64,000 bases of DNA, from the NCBI GenBank assembly GCA_964016885.1, contig OZ024750.1, positions 45,632,001 through 45,696,000 of the forward strand, written 5' to 3'. Origin of the DNA: Eledone cirrhosa (Eukaryota). The notes under the pieces were generated by a model. It had not been told where the DNA came from. It did not search any database and saw only the letters and a list, made by a program, of their open reading frames with translations. Below, one piece after another: positions 44,870 through 59,045 of this stretch (position 1 is its first letter; each line of letters starts with the position of its first letter). The translations under genes were made by a program, and so were the position numbers.

Positions 44870-45526
44870 ATTTTACACACAAACATATATATGTGTGTGG
44901 GTGGGTGTGTGTGTATGTGTATGGGTGTGTGTATGTGTTATGTATACGTGTGTATATGTATGTGTGTGTTTATGTGTGTATGTATGCCTGTGTTTTAGTA
45001 AGACATAATTCAATTTTCGTTCTCAAGATTTAACTATTGTGTTTGTGCCTTCCTTTACTTATTCCTACCTTCCTCCCTTCACCATCCTATTTGCAACAGC
45101 CTGCTGAGAAATCTACCGCCTCTTACTGTTCAGACTTTTACATGGACAATAATTGTATAAGGACAAGTATTGTTACTTCACGCCCGCAGCCTCTTCTCTT
45201 TTCCTCTCTCTATCATTCCCTTTTTCTTCTCTCTTCTTCTTTCCAACTAATTTAATAGAATCTCAGCAGGTTGAAGCCAATATGATGAGACACTTGTAAT
45301 TTATGGGTCGACGGTTCGTATTTTGCCAACAAAAATTAGTTTTGTCTGTATTGTGACCAAGACATCATTTATCTCCCTTACCTACGTTTTGTGAGAAAAA
45401 TTGCTAGATCAAGATATACGTCGAGTATCGTAGTAAACATACAAAGAACTGTATACTAACCTATCTTTTATCTCATATTGTTATATATCATTCATTGTTT
45501 ATTTATTTATCATTATTTTGCATTTA

Positions 45527-45930
45527 GGGCGGTGAATTTATAGTATCGGTAGAGCGCCTGGCAACATGATAGTGTATAGTTACGGCCCTTTACGTACTTG
45601 GTTTAAATCCCGCCAATGTAAGATTTTCTTTTCATCCTTACAGAGTAAATAAAATAAAGTACCAGTAACACCCTGGTGCGATTTAATCGACTTTCCTCTT
45701 CCCTTGTAATTGCTGGCCTTGTTCCAACAGTATAAACAATTATTTAGTATTTGAAAGGGAGAATAAGAAAGGCCACGATTGGTAGTTTCACTAGAGCGTC
45801 AGATGAAAACCTTTGCCGTATTTCATTACAACATTCTACGTTCTGTGTTCAAATCCCACCGAGGTCATCTCAGCTTTTCATCTTTCCGGTGTCTATAAAA
45901 CAAAATACCAGTTAAGTGTTGGGGTCTTTA
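45527..45930 (+). mobile_element. Two diverged SINE copies
   Basis: Heads and central domains recognisable at ~45527-45742 and ~45770-45930. Confidence 0.7.
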
Positions 45931-46061
45931 TATTCTATTTTCGCCTCCCCACATGTTGCTGGTATTCTGCATACATTTAAAACCATACTTTAGCATTTTC
46001 ATGCTAAATACTATGGGCATGTGGTTAGAATGTCTCGGGAAAGAATCGCTGGACAGGTTTT

Positions 46062-47627
46062 ACATCTCTACGTATCTCTGTCTCTATGTCTCTACGTCCC
46101 TACGTCTCTACAACTCGACGTCTCTACGTCTCTTCGTCACTACGTCTCTACCTCTCTGCGTCTCTAGGTCTCTACGTCTATATGTCTTTACGTCTCTACG
46201 TCTCTACGTCCCTACGTTTCTACGACTCTACGTCTCTACGTCTCTCTGTCTCTACGTCTCTATGTATCTACGTATCTACGTCTCTACGCCTCTACAACTC
46301 GACGTCTCTACGTCTCTACATCTCTACTTCTCTACGTATCTACGACTCTACGTATCTACGTAACTACGTCTTTAAGTCTCTACGTCTCTACGTCTTTACG
46401 TCTCTACGACTCTACGTCTCTACGACTCTATGTCTCTTATCTCTACGTCTCTGCGTCTCTACGTCTCTACGACTCTGAGTCTCTAGGTCTCTACGTCGCT
46501 ATGTTTTACGTCTCTACGTCTCTACGTCTCTACGTCTCTACGTCTCGACGTCTCTCTGTCTCTACGTCTCTATGTCTCTACGACTCTACGTCTCTAGGTC
46601 TCTATGTCTCTACGTCTCTACGTCTCTACGTCTCTATGTCTCTACGTCATTACGTCTCTAAGTCCCTACGTCTCTATGTGCCTACGTCTCTACCTCTTTA
46701 CGTCTCTATGTCTCTACGTCTCTACGTCTCTACGTCTCTACGTCTTTATGTCGCTACGTCTCTACGTCTCTACCTCTTTATGTCTCTACGTCCCTACGAC
46801 TCTACGACTCTACGTCTCTACGTCTCTACTTCTCTACGTCTCTACGTCTCTACGTCTCTACCTCTTTATGTCTCTACGTCTCTACGTCTCTACGACTCTG
46901 AGTCTCTAGGTCTCTACGTCGCTATGTTTTACGTCTGTACGTCTCTACGTCTCTACGTCTTGACGTCTCTCTGTCTCTACGTCTCTATGTTTCCACGACT
47001 CTACGTCTCTACATCTCTAGGTCTCTATGTCTCTACGTCTCTACGTCTCTACGTCTCTATGTCTCTACGTCTTTACGTCTATAAGTCCCTACGTCTCTAT
47101 GTCCCTACGTCTCTACCTCTTTACGTCTCTATGTCTCTACGTCTCTACGTCTCTACGTCTTTATGTCGCTACGTCTCTACGTCTCTACGTCTCTACCTCT
47201 TTATGTCTCTACGTCCCTACGACTCTACGTCTCTACGTATCTACGTCTCTACGTCTCTACCTCTTTATGTCTCTACGTCCCTACGACTCTACGTCTCTAC
47301 GTCTCTACGTCTCTACGTCTCCATGTCTCTACGTCTCTACGTCACCATGTCTCTACGTCTCTACGTCTCCATGTCTCTACGTCTCTACGCCTCCATGTCT
47401 CTACGTCTCCCCGTCTCTACGTCTCTATGTCTCTATGTCTCTACGTCTCTACGTCTCTATGTCTCGACGTCTCCATGTATCTACGTCTCTACGTCTCTAC
47501 GTCCCTACGTCTCTATGTCCCTACGTCTCTACCTCTTTACGTCTCTATGTCTCTACGTCTATACGTCTATACGTCTCTACGCCTCTACCACTCTACGTCT
47601 CTACGTCTCTATGTATCTACGTCTCTA
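46062..47627. repeat. 8-bp (TACGTCTC)n satellite with a ~424-bp higher-order duplication
   Basis: Direct periodicity; the variant CTCTGAGTCTCTAGG occurs at ~46473 and ~46896. Confidence 0.95.
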
Positions 47628-48379
47628 CTTGCTGGTCGCCGTCAAATTAATTTATCTATGACTGTATGAAGATAGTTTAAAGATATATGGAGTAACTAAA
47701 AAAACGAGAAACTTTATTTTATTACAGTTCTTGTGCATCAAGACATTCTAGAACTTTTATTTGCTGTCTAAAGGCATTTATCATAATCGATACTGCAACA
47801 CAATATAGTTTAATCGATATAACTACAACATCATTTACTATATATGCATCCATATTTATCTAAACCGAGATAGATTAATGTAAATCTGCATAAATATCTG
47901 GAATAGAATGAAACGAATTTTCATTTCTCACTCTTAGTACGGCTGATACCTAAGTATAAGTATGTATATATACATACATATATGTATACAGACGTACAGT
48001 AGTATGTATATATATATACATACATGCACGCATATATGGGTTTACTTAATATTTATTATAATATTCGTTTTTTTTGTAAACAACCAGCCCGAATTACTCC
48101 GTACAGTGCTCGGCAAACATCTTCGCCCTTTTGTTTAACACTGACACAGGAACGATGTACTAGTTTCAAGCTTATTAGCTATCGTCAGCATCGTATACCT
48201 TTCTGTCAGATGATTGAATTGAACGTTTCAAAGTATATACATTCCTTATGGATATTAATGGCTGAGTTGCCTAATTTGCATATCGAGTGAGTTAGTCGGG
48301 CGGGCGCACCGTGCATAAATTTCATTTTGTGTTAATATCTACATAATCTATGTCTTGCTTTTATCAGTGTGTCTTTCTC

Positions 48380-49846
48380 CAGTCTCTTTCCTTTCTCAGT
48401 CCTTCTCGGTCACTTCTCTCTCTTTCCTTTCTCAATCCTTCTCTGTCACTTCTCTCTCTTTCCTTTCTCAATCCTTCTCGTTCACTTATCTCTCTCTTTC
48501 CTTTCTCAATCCTTCTCTGTCACTTATCTCTCTATTTCCTTTCTCAATCCTTCTCTGTCACTTCTCTCTCTTTCTTTTCTCAATCCTTCCCGGTCACTTC
48601 TCTCTCTCTTTCCTTTCTCAATCCTTCCCGGTCACTTCTCTTTCTTTCCTTTCTCAATCCTTCCCGGTCACTTCTCTCTCTTTTTCCTTTCTCAATCCTT
48701 CCCGGTCACTTCTCTCTCTTTCTCCTTTCTCAATCCTTCCCGGTCACTTCTCTCTATTTCCTTTCTCAATCCTTCTCTGTCACTTCTCACTCTTTTTCCT
48801 TTCTCAATCCTTCCCGGTCACTTCTCTCTCTTTCCTTTTCTCAATCCTTCCCGGTCACTTCTCTCCCTTTCCTTTCTCAATCCTTCCCGGTCACTTCTCT
48901 CTCTTTTTCCTTTCTCAATCCTTCCCGGTCACTTCTCACTCTTTTTCCTTTCTCAATCCTTCCCGGTCACTTCTCTCTCTCTTTCCTTTCTCAATCCTTC
49001 CCGGTCACTTCTCTCTCTTTTTCCTTTTTCAATCCTTCTCGGTCACTTATCTCTCTTTTTCCTTTCTCAATCCTTCCCGGTCACTTCTCTCTATTTCCTT
49101 TCTCAATCATTCTCTGTCACTTCTCACTCTTTTTCCTTTCTCAATCCTTCCCGGTCACTTCTCTCTCTTTCCTTTTCTCAATCCTTCCCGGTCACTTCTC
49201 TCCCTTTCCTTTCTCAATCCTTCTCTGTCACTTCTCTCTCCCTTTCCTTTCTCAATCCTTCCCAGTCACTTCTCTCTCTTTTTCCTTTGTCAATCCTTCT
49301 CGGTCACTTCTCACTCTTTTTCCTTTCTCAATCCTTCCCGGTCACTTCTCTCTCTCTTTCCTTTCTCAATCCTTCCCGGTCACTTCTCTCTCTTTTTCCT
49401 TTTTCAATCCTTCTCGGTCACTTATCTCTCTCTTTCCTTTCTCAATCCTTCCCGGTCACTTATCTCTCTCTTTCCTTACTCAATCCTTCCCGCTCACTTC
49501 TCTCTCTCTTTCCTTTCTCAATCCTTCTCGGTCTCTTCTCTCTCTTTCTTTCCTTTCTCAATCCTTCTCGGTCTCTTCTCTCTCTTTCCTTTCACAATCC
49601 TTCTCGGTCACTTCTCTCTCTTTCCTTTCTCAATACTTCCCGGTCACTTCTCTATCTTTCCTTTCTCAATCCGTCTCGGTCACTTCTCTCCCTTTCCTTT
49701 CTCAATCCTTCCCGGTCACTTCTCTCTCTCTTTTCTTTCTCAATCCTTCCCGGTCACTTCTCTCTCCCTTTCCTTTCTCAATCCTTCCCGGTCACTTCTT
49801 TCTCTTTTTCCTTTCTCAATCCTTCTCGGTCACTTCTCTCTCTTTC
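48380..49846. repeat. ~36-38-bp pyrimidine-rich minisatellite
   Basis: Unit CCTTTCTCAATCCTTCCCGGTCACTTCTCTCTCTTT. Confidence 0.95.
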
Positions 49847-50028
49847 ACACTCATACCTTTCTCTCTCCTCTCTCTCTCGTGTTATATCGTTATATATACA
49901 TATGTATATGTGTGTGTGTGTTGCTTGTATTTCGTTGGTCCTTTACTGCAAACCGTTTAATGCACAAACACACACGAATACACATACACACTTACATGAT
50001 ATAAATATATATAAGACCTGTATGCTTA

Positions 50029-50118
<90 letters not shown>

Positions 50119-50205
50119 AGATGGAACGGGAACAAAACAGAGAGGCAGTACGAACAAAGATTTATTAGTTTCACGCTCTTGAGAGTGGGGCGGTGGTGGT
50201 ATCAG

Positions 50206-50283
<78 letters not shown>

Positions 50284-50525
50284 AGTGTGTGCATCTATTC
50301 ATGCACGTAATATTCAACTGTGAATCTGTATATATGCAATTTTTCACGTTTACCACACTTTACTACTCACCATATATTCATGGGAGTTCCCATGAACATC
50401 ATTGCGTCAAATCTGCTGCAACTGAAAGAGTTACTTCCTGCAGGGAAAAATATTAACTCCGCTAGCATGCAAAAAAAAAATAAATAAATAAAATAAAATA
50501 AAAAATAATAATAATAATAAATAAA

Positions 50526-50556
<31 letters not shown>

Positions 50557-51064
50557 TCGCCAAAAGCAAAAAGTAAGAGAAAAATAGGAAAAAAATAGAG
50601 AGCGAGAATAAGTATGCCGCCATGCATATCTATATGAATCATGATTAACTATAAACGATACAAGGCAGGATATTAAACCTGTTTCAGTAGTTTGTATGAT
50701 TTTATAAACCTAACTCCTAGACATGAATTTAGTCTCGAGGCTGATATTTATACCTGGTCTCTCTGTTTATTGATACTTGTTCGTGATCCAGCAACGTTAT
50801 AATTCAATACAGGCAGGCATCTATTTTCCCCTTAAGCTATATTTAGTAAGTTAGAGAGGAAATTGCTGTCTTTTCAGTTTGTTTCTCATGGAATATCTGA
50901 GCCAAATATTTTTGCCTCGAGTAAGAAATGAAGAACTTTGGTATTTAAGCTAACAGACTGGTATGAGGTTAATCGCCAAAGCTATTAAATTCAATAACTT
51001 CCTCGACTTCACTTAGGACTTATTGTTGTTGTTGTTATTATCATTATTATTATTACAGAGAGAT

Positions 51065-52412
51065 GGGGGTGGATTGACATTAATCGATAGCGCAGTGGTC
51101 AGTGTGTTTAGTAGTAATGTATAGTTACGGCTCTTTACGTTCGTTCAACATCGCCTTTCATCCTTACATGATTCTATAAAATAATTGTTTTTACTTTTGG
51201 CACAAGGCCAGCAATTATCCCAGTGCATTACTGGTACTTTATTTCATAGACACCGTAAGGATGTAAGGCAAAGTTAACAACGGCGTTTAAATAATTGTTT
51301 CTACTTTTGGCACAAGGCCAGCAAAATCCCAGTGCATTACTGGTACTTTATTTTATCGACCGCGTAAGAATGTAAGGCAAAGTTGACCTCGTCGTAATTT
51401 GAACTGAGACGGTAAAGGGCCGTAACTCTATGCTGCAAAGCCGTCATTCGACCCTATACTGATACTGCCAATCATCCATAAAATAATTGTTTATCGTTTT
51501 GTCACAAGGCTAGCAATTATACCAGTGTATTACTGGTACTTTATTTTATCAACCCCGTAAGGCGGGATTTGAACTCAGACGGTAAAGGGACGTAACTATG
51601 CTGCAAAGCATGTTACCTGACCCTCTACCGATACTGCCAATCACCCATAAATAATGATTTCTACTATAGGCACAAGGCCAGTCATTTAGGAGAAGCGGAA
51701 AGTCGATTAAATTGACACCAGTACGTTACTGGTACTTTATGTTATCGACCCCCGCAAGGATGAAAGGCAAAGTTAACCTCTGCAGGATTTGAACTCAGAC
51801 CACAAAGGGACGTAACTCTATGCTGCAAAGCATGGTGTCCGATACTCTACCGATACTGCCAATCACCCATAAATAATGATTTCTACTATAGGCACAAGGC
51901 CAGTCATTTAGGAGAAACGGAAAGTCGATTAAATCGACACCAGTACGTTACTGGTACTTTATTTTATCGACCCCGCAAGGATGAAAGGCAAAGATAACCT
52001 CGGCGCGATTTGAAATCAGATCATAAAGGGCCGTAACTCTATGCTGCAGATCATGGTGTCCGACCCTCTACCGATGCTGCCAAACATCCACAATTAATGT
52101 TGCAATAACATACCTGCAACCCTTCCGATCCGACGGAGACATCTCCCACCCCCTTGGAGAAGGGGATGGGCGATGTCTTCTCTTGTGAAAATGGGTATAG
52201 CTTTCATTATGTAAAATCTCCCCATAGGTGGTGGATTGGCAGTATCGGTAGAGGGTCGGACGCCATGCTTTGACGCATAGAGTTACGGCCCTTGCCATTC
52301 TGAGTTCAAATCCCGCCGAGGTTAACTTTGCCTTTCATCCATACGGGGTCGATAACATAAAGTACCAGTAATACACTGGGTAATTTGCTGGCCTTGTGCC
52401 TAAAGTAGAAAC
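51065..52412. mobile_element. Dense SINE cluster: plus-strand fragment, ~5 head-to-tail minus-strand copies (51181-52085), full plus-strand copy (52226-52412)
   Basis: Repeated ATAATTGTTTCTACTTTTGGCACAAGGCCAG starts; the plus copy has TSD ATTATGTAAAA(T/A)CTCCCCA. Confidence 0.85.
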
Positions 52413-52520
52413 AATTATGTAAAAACTCCCCATTTTACATAATAAAGTGCGGAAGTAAGCACTGGCAAGTTTGAAATCATACGTACACAAGATATATTAT
52501 ATTAAACAGTGTATACATTT

Positions 52521-52564
<44 letters not shown>

Positions 52565-52565
<1 letters not shown>

Positions 52566-52970
52566 GGAAAAAGTATGACCCCGACGGCAGAGCTCAAGCC
52601 GTTTCGACGGCGGCTATTTCTGGTTTGAGCTCTGCCGTCGGGGTTATACTTTCCCTATAAACCCACTCTACTACCCTAAGTATTGAGTACTCTGGTGCGT
52701 TATGGTCCATCTAGTTCCTTACCACAATTCCTTCGTTATAAATATATATATATATATATATGTTTGTATACATATAAACATGTATGTGTTTATGTAAACA
52801 TTTGTATATGTAACATTTGTGGGTAATAGGAATATGTATGACCCCGACGACAGAGCTCAAACCGTTTCGACTAAATTAGAATTTAGTAAAAAATTTATTA
52901 AAAATTCTAATTTGGTCCAGAAATAGCCGTCGAAGCGGCTTGAGCTCTGCCATCGGGGTCATACATTTTC
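52565..52970. mobile_element. Two further family D fold-back elements (52565-52740, 52819-52970)
   Basis: GACCCCGACGGCAGAGCTCAAGCCGTTTCGAC ... TTGAGCTCTGCCGTCGGGG, homologous to 28449-28647. Confidence 0.8.
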
Positions 52971-53004
<34 letters not shown>

Positions 53005-53005
<1 letters not shown>

Positions 53006-53372
53006 CGATATTAATAATGGAAACTATATTTATAAAACCATATTTATTTCATTATATATATTTCAAGGTGGATTGGCAGTATCGGTAGAGGGTCGGACGT
53101 CATGCTTTCCAGCATAGTTACGTCCCTTTACGATCTGAGTTCAAATCCAGCCGAGGTTGACTTTGCCTTTCATCCTTACGGGGTCGATAAAATAAAGTAC
53201 CAGTAATGCACTGGGTAATTGCTGGCCTTGTGCCTAAAGTAGAAACAATTATATATATTTCAAGGATACCAAGTTACATTATGATATGCCTTCATTAGAC
53301 AAAATACAATATATAACAGTTTTATAAATAGACATTGACGTACCCTTTTAAAAATTGACCGTTGCTTTTGGA
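53005..53372 (-). mobile_element. Family P pLTR fragment with degenerate HHR, interrupted by a SINE
   Basis: Same flanks as 21400-21610; core reads CTAATGA (53292-53298, minus). Confidence 0.75.
53069..53247 (+). mobile_element. Full-length SINE inserted in an HHR
   Basis: Perfect 18-bp TSD ATTATATATATTTCAAGG (53051-53068 / 53248-53265). Confidence 0.9.
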
Positions 53373-53729
53373 GGCCATCAGGATAGTGGTTTGTTTACTT
53401 TAGTAAGTCCTTGTGTTAAGAGTAAGTAAAAAGATGGATATATACATATATATATATATATTATATATATATTATATATATTTCTGTGTATGAACATGTA
53501 CATGTGCATGAGCGTATCAGTATGTTTCCATGTGAGGACATATGAATCGGTATGTGAGTTGAGATGTGAAATTCCCAACCACATTGATTCACATATGACT
53601 GTTTAAAACTTCATTTCATGTGAATGTCACGTTGACATTCCTCATTAGACAATTAGACCAATAATTAAGCTTTGATTCTTCATAGATAGATACGTGCAAT
53701 CGCATTACATACATACATACCTACATACA

Positions 53730-54306
53730 TGGTGGCTGCCAACTCGTTTTCGAGTACGGCCACTACTTTATATCCATGTAGGAAAACCCCTACCGATGCG
53801 CTGAACGAGTGTGGGTTTTTAGTCCAGCCAGCGACTTGAAAACTCTGGTACAAACACTACACTTGTGACAATTATTGACACATAGTGCTGGGCCCATGGT
53901 ACCATGTGACGACAAGTGCAGAGAGATCTCCAGATATAAAGCAATGCCTGTGCCGTGAAGCTTTTATAGTGAGCAATGGCACTGCACAAAGCCAGTCCCA
54001 CTCTCTTAACCAAGATGATATTTACCAAAAAGAAGAACAAGTCAACATCATTGGATACCATCAGGGTTGCAGGTGTTATATCAGAGTTTTCCTTCTCCTA
54101 GAATTCTGCCTCGACAAAGTGATTTTGGATGGCCATTGACTCTTAAGAGCTCCTTTGCCCTTTGACAGGTTTTGTTTTTAGGATGTCCAAAGTCACCCTC
54201 CTCACCAAGAAACCTTGTTGGTGTTGCCAGTTTAAACGCCAACGACCCCACCATGAGACAGGTTGTACTGGGATACATGTTACCAGTAGCACCAACTGGT
54301 GACCTT
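53730..54306. mobile_element. GC-richer interspersed repeat fragment between (CATA)n runs, family not assigned
   Basis: Sharp composition shift; flanked by CATACATAC; contains AGAGTTTTCCTTCTCCTAG, which recalls a conserved SINE domain (from memory, unverified). Confidence 0.35.
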
Positions 54307-54582
54307 ACATACATACATATATTCATGTGTGTGTATACATACATATATACGCACACATGAATATATATACATGCATATATGTATATCTGAGAGTATAGGA
54401 TACATACGCATACATACATCCATAAATGTTCAGATAAATGTACACAAACGTACGCATACATACACAAACGTATATATTCATACATATATACACAAACATG
54501 CGTACTTCTACATGCATATATGCATATCTGCGGATATAGAATATATACGCATACAAACGTACATAAATTCTGACATAATCAT

Positions 54583-54615
<33 letters not shown>

Positions 54616-54933
54616 CACTACTACTACTACTGTAAATAACAAATGTAATAATAATAATAATAATAATAATAAGAAGAAGAAGAAGTGTTATGTCTTACAT
54701 TGCTTATCACTGACACAAAATTATTCATGAACACAGACGCAAACTAGTATATATATATATATTAGAAAGTGAGGTTTTTTTTACAAAATGAAAAATAACC
54801 GAGGTTATATATATATATTAATAAAATGAATTCCAACTTTGTCTGATTTACTCGTTTTATTTACAATCCTTTAACATTTATAATGGTATTAGAATGAAAT
54901 AGTATGATAGAATATAAAATGTTAAGTGTTAAT

Positions 54934-54972
54934 TGAACAAGTACTTTCATGCTTTCGCAATCTTCAGGTTCA
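54934..54972 (-). ncRNA. Minimal type-I hammerhead ribozyme (family E)
   Basis: Mirror image of 55045-55083. Confidence 0.85.
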
Positions 54973-55044
54973 TAATGTGTGGTGACAGTCAAGTTTGCAA
55001 TTTTTAACTGTGAAAATTGCAAACTTGACTGTCACCACACATTA

Positions 55045-55083
55045 TGAACCTGAAGATTGCGAAAGCATGAAAGTACTTGTTCA
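55045..55083 (+). ncRNA. Minimal type-I hammerhead ribozyme (family E)
   Basis: TGAAC-CTGAAGA-TTGCgaaaGCAT-GAAA-GTAC-TT-GTTCA. GNRA-capped stem II, palindromic AGTACT, triplet CUU. Confidence 0.85.
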
Positions 55084-55233
55084 ATTAACACTTAACATTT
55101 TATATTCTATCATACTATTTCATTCTAATACCATTATAAATGTTAAAGGATTGTAAATAAAACGAGTAAATCAGACAAAGTTGGAATTCATTTTATTAAT
55201 ATAATCTTCTATACACAATCATACACACAGGTG

Positions 55234-55266
<33 letters not shown>

Positions 55267-55319
55267 GTATATATGTATGTATATATATATGTATCTATAT
55301 ATATATGTATATATGTATG

Positions 55320-55417
<98 letters not shown>

Positions 55418-56224
55418 TGTATGTATATATGTACGTACGTATGTATGCATACACACACACATGTATATGTTGTATGTATGTACGTACGTATACAAACATG
55501 TACAAAAGAAATATAAAATATGCATGTATGGATATATATATATATATATATATTTTTGTATATACAGTGCTTTCTCTCACTCTCTCTCTTTCTCTCTCTG
55601 TATATATATATATACTTATATAAACAAGCATACAAATTAAATAAATAACTATACAAAATTGCTCACACATATAGAGAACTAAACAATCTCAATTTGCTGT
55701 TTATTAATTAAAAGGAAATTAGGAAGCAGTTTGTATTTTGTCTAAACAAAATACAGATGGATATGATGTATTTGTACATCATTTTTCGTTTTTCGTTTTT
55801 TCATATTATCGTTTTTGTATCGTATTTAATTTTTCGTTTCGCGTTTTTCGTTTTTCGTATGTTGCTTTATTGTTTTTCTATCGGTTTTAATCTTTTTTTC
55901 TTTCCCGTTTTTCGTTGTTCGTTTCCGTTAATAGATTTCTTCATTTAAAAGACAAACGATGAAGACTGTTTAATTATGCTTCAGACTTCTTGTATATATA
56001 ATAAGTGAAGTTACTAAATTTCCTAGATTTTTCATAATGTTTTCGCGGAAATGAATCTTTCGTTTTAAAAATAATTGCGTGAACATCTTTATCAACTTAT
56101 GCACTAATTATCAGTTTCTTCTTTTCTAAATACGAGCGAAAACTCTTGTTTAATCAACAATATTGTTGTAAAGACTCATACATGTGCAAACGTGATGTGT
56201 CTGCCCCGATCAAAGATATCTCGA

Positions 56225-57075
56225 TACACAAACACGCTCACACACTCACTTACATACACAACCACACACATACACACACAACCACACACAAACACGCTCA
56301 CACACTCACTTAAATACACAACCACACACACACACAACCAAACACAAACACGCTCACACACTCACTTAAATACACAACCACACACACACAACCACACACA
56401 CACAATGACACACACACACACACACACAACCAAACGCAAACACGCTCACACACTCACTTACATACACAACCACACACACAACCACACGCAACCACACACA
56501 AACACGCTCACACACTCACTTAAATACACAACCACACACACACAACCACACACACACAACCAAACACAAACACGCTCACACACTCGCTTACATACACAAC
56601 CACACACACACACACAACCACACGCAACCACACACAAACACGCTCACACACTCACTTACACACACAACCACACACAACCACACACTCACTTACATACACA
56701 ACCACACACACACAACCACATACAATCACACGCAAACACGCTCACACACTCACTTACATACACAACCACACACAAACACGCTCACATGCTCACGCACACA
56801 CACACACACACACACAAACACGTTTCACACATTCACTCACACACAAACACACGCTCACACATTCACTCACACACACACAACAACACGCTCACTCACGCAC
56901 ACACAACCACACACTCACTCACACGCACACAACCACACACACACACACTCACAAACAGTCTTCACACATTCATTCACACACACACAACCACACACACACA
57001 CGCGCTCACACATTCACCCACACACACATAACCACACACACAGCTACACACACACAACCATGCTCACACACACAG
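56225..57075. repeat. Degenerate CA-rich minisatellite
   Basis: Recurring AAACACGCTCACACACTCACTTA(C/A)ATACACAACC. Confidence 0.85.
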
Positions 57076-57129
57076 ATAAATACAAACCCCAACGCACACG
57101 CTCATACCCAGACATGTAGCTGCACACAT

Positions 57130-57232
<103 letters not shown>

Positions 57233-58477
57233 CATATACATACATACCTACGTATACATACACTCAGACACTAATATTTACACATTTACAATCACATATA
57301 CCAACATCTATACACATATACATAGACATACACACACACAACCACACACACAGGTGCCCACATACACACACTCAGATAAGTATTCAATATGTAGGTACAC
57401 TTTCAGATACAATCACGTGTACGCACATAATGGTAAACATACACATACACTTACACATACATATACACATACACATAAGCTCATATATGCCCACACACAT
57501 AATAGATAACTAAACACATACACCCGTACACTTACATATGTATACGTACACACACACATATCTATGTGCATGCACTCATTAAAAATATGAGTGACATGCT
57601 TTTTAAGGTGTACATAGATGTTTTTCTATGTAAAATGTAACGAAAAGGTCCCTTAACACAGGAAGTATTTTAGGAGTACCTTCCTGATATATGGGGCGCC
57701 TTAGTGTTTTGGAAACCCGGCATGGACCATCACTCCCCTTCTCAGAACTCAACCCATTTCCTCCAGAGAATACATAACACAGATTATATAAATCGTACTT
57801 AATATCTTTACCAGCCAGCCTAAATATGTCCTAAGAATGTCCCCCAAAATTGAGGCCCTACAACAGAAGACCTTGTTCTGCCAGGTGCGAGAAGTAGAAG
57901 GGGGAGGAGGATGATGATGATGATGATGATGTTGATGATTACGACAATGTCGACGGCTATGATGATGATGATGATGGTGACGATGATGATGAAGATGATA
58001 ATAATGATAAGAAGACGAAGGAGAAGGAGGAGGAGGAGGAGGAGGAGGAGGAGGAGGAGGAGGAGGAGAAGAAGAAGAAGAAGAAGAAGAAGAAGAAGAA
58101 GAAGAAGAAGAAGAAGAAGAAGAACAAGTGTAGGAGACTGGGAAAATGATTTGATAAAAGAACATTTCTTAGGAAGACGCAAAAAAATATCACATTTCAT
58201 TTGTTAATGAGGAAAACAAAAGCTAGGATAATTGTCTTGTTTATATCTTATATCTATATGAGATTGACTGAATATGTTTACATATATATATGTGTTGGTT
58301 TGATGTTAATTAGTTATGTAGCTTGTTAAGAAAACATTTCGGAAATCTGATTAAACAGAATAAAGTTAAGGCTCGTCAGAACGTCGCCAACCACTTCTAA
58401 AATGTTAACAGTTCCTTTCTTTACGTCTTGTCATCAATAAGCTAAGATCGAGTTAACGATGGAACACGGAGTTACAT

Positions 58478-59045
58478 AAATAATGGTTTCTTATATAGGT
58501 ACAAGGTCAGCAATTTTTGGGGGAAGGGAAAGTCGATTAAATCGACCCCAGTGCGTGACTGGTACTTTATTTTAATATTTTAATACTTTATTTTAGTTCA
58601 AATCCCGTCGAGGTTAACTTTTCCTATTATCCTTACGAGATCGATAAAATAAAGTACCAGTTACGCACTGGCGTCGATTTATTCGACTTTCCCCTCCCAC
58701 AAAATTTATTTTTTCGACCCCGTAAGGATGAGAAAGATTAGGTTCGCCCACAGTGGGACTTGAACCCACGACCTTCAGATGACTTCTAGATGACGTCATT
58801 AAATGTCTTATGCTCTACCGACTGAGCTATGTGGGCTATAATGGTCTTTGATTTAGGCACAAGGCTAACACTTTTGGCGGGAAAGGAATGTCGATAAACC
58901 GACCCTAATACGTTACTGGTGCTTTATTTTATCGACCCCGTAAGGATGAAAAGCAAAGCTAATCTTGGTGGGATTTGAACTCAGAATGGAAACGGCTTTA
59001 AATATATGCCGCAAATCATAATTCCCGATGATCTACCGACACAGC
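58478..59045. mobile_element. SINE fragments in both orientations surrounding a tRNA gene
   Basis: Minus 58478-58572, plus ~58595-58705, minus ~58708-58735, minus ~58845-59042. Confidence 0.75.
58745..58836 (-). tRNA. tRNA-Lys(TTT)-like gene with 19-nt intron; possibly a pseudogene
   Basis: Minus: GCCCACA-TA-GCTCAGTCGGTAGAGC-A-TAAGA-CATTTA-[ATGACGTCATCTAGAAGTC]-A-TCTGA-AGGTC-GTGGG-TTCAAGT-CCCAC-TGTGGGC-G. Acceptor, D and T stems are perfect; intron at canonical 37/38 (58781-58799); A at position 33 and one anticodon-stem mismatch. Confidence 0.8.

Larger units (their letters stand above)
54814..55203. repeat. Perfect 390-bp palindrome (191-bp arms, 8-nt spacer) with an HHR in each arm
   Basis: 54814-55004 is the reverse complement of 55013-55203. 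Confidence 0.95.

Noticed and set aside
46501-50168. Long ORFs of 386-599 aa (SLRLYVST and FLSQSF repeats)
   Set aside because: Stop-free by composition of the 8-bp and ~36-bp satellites; several frames are open at once.
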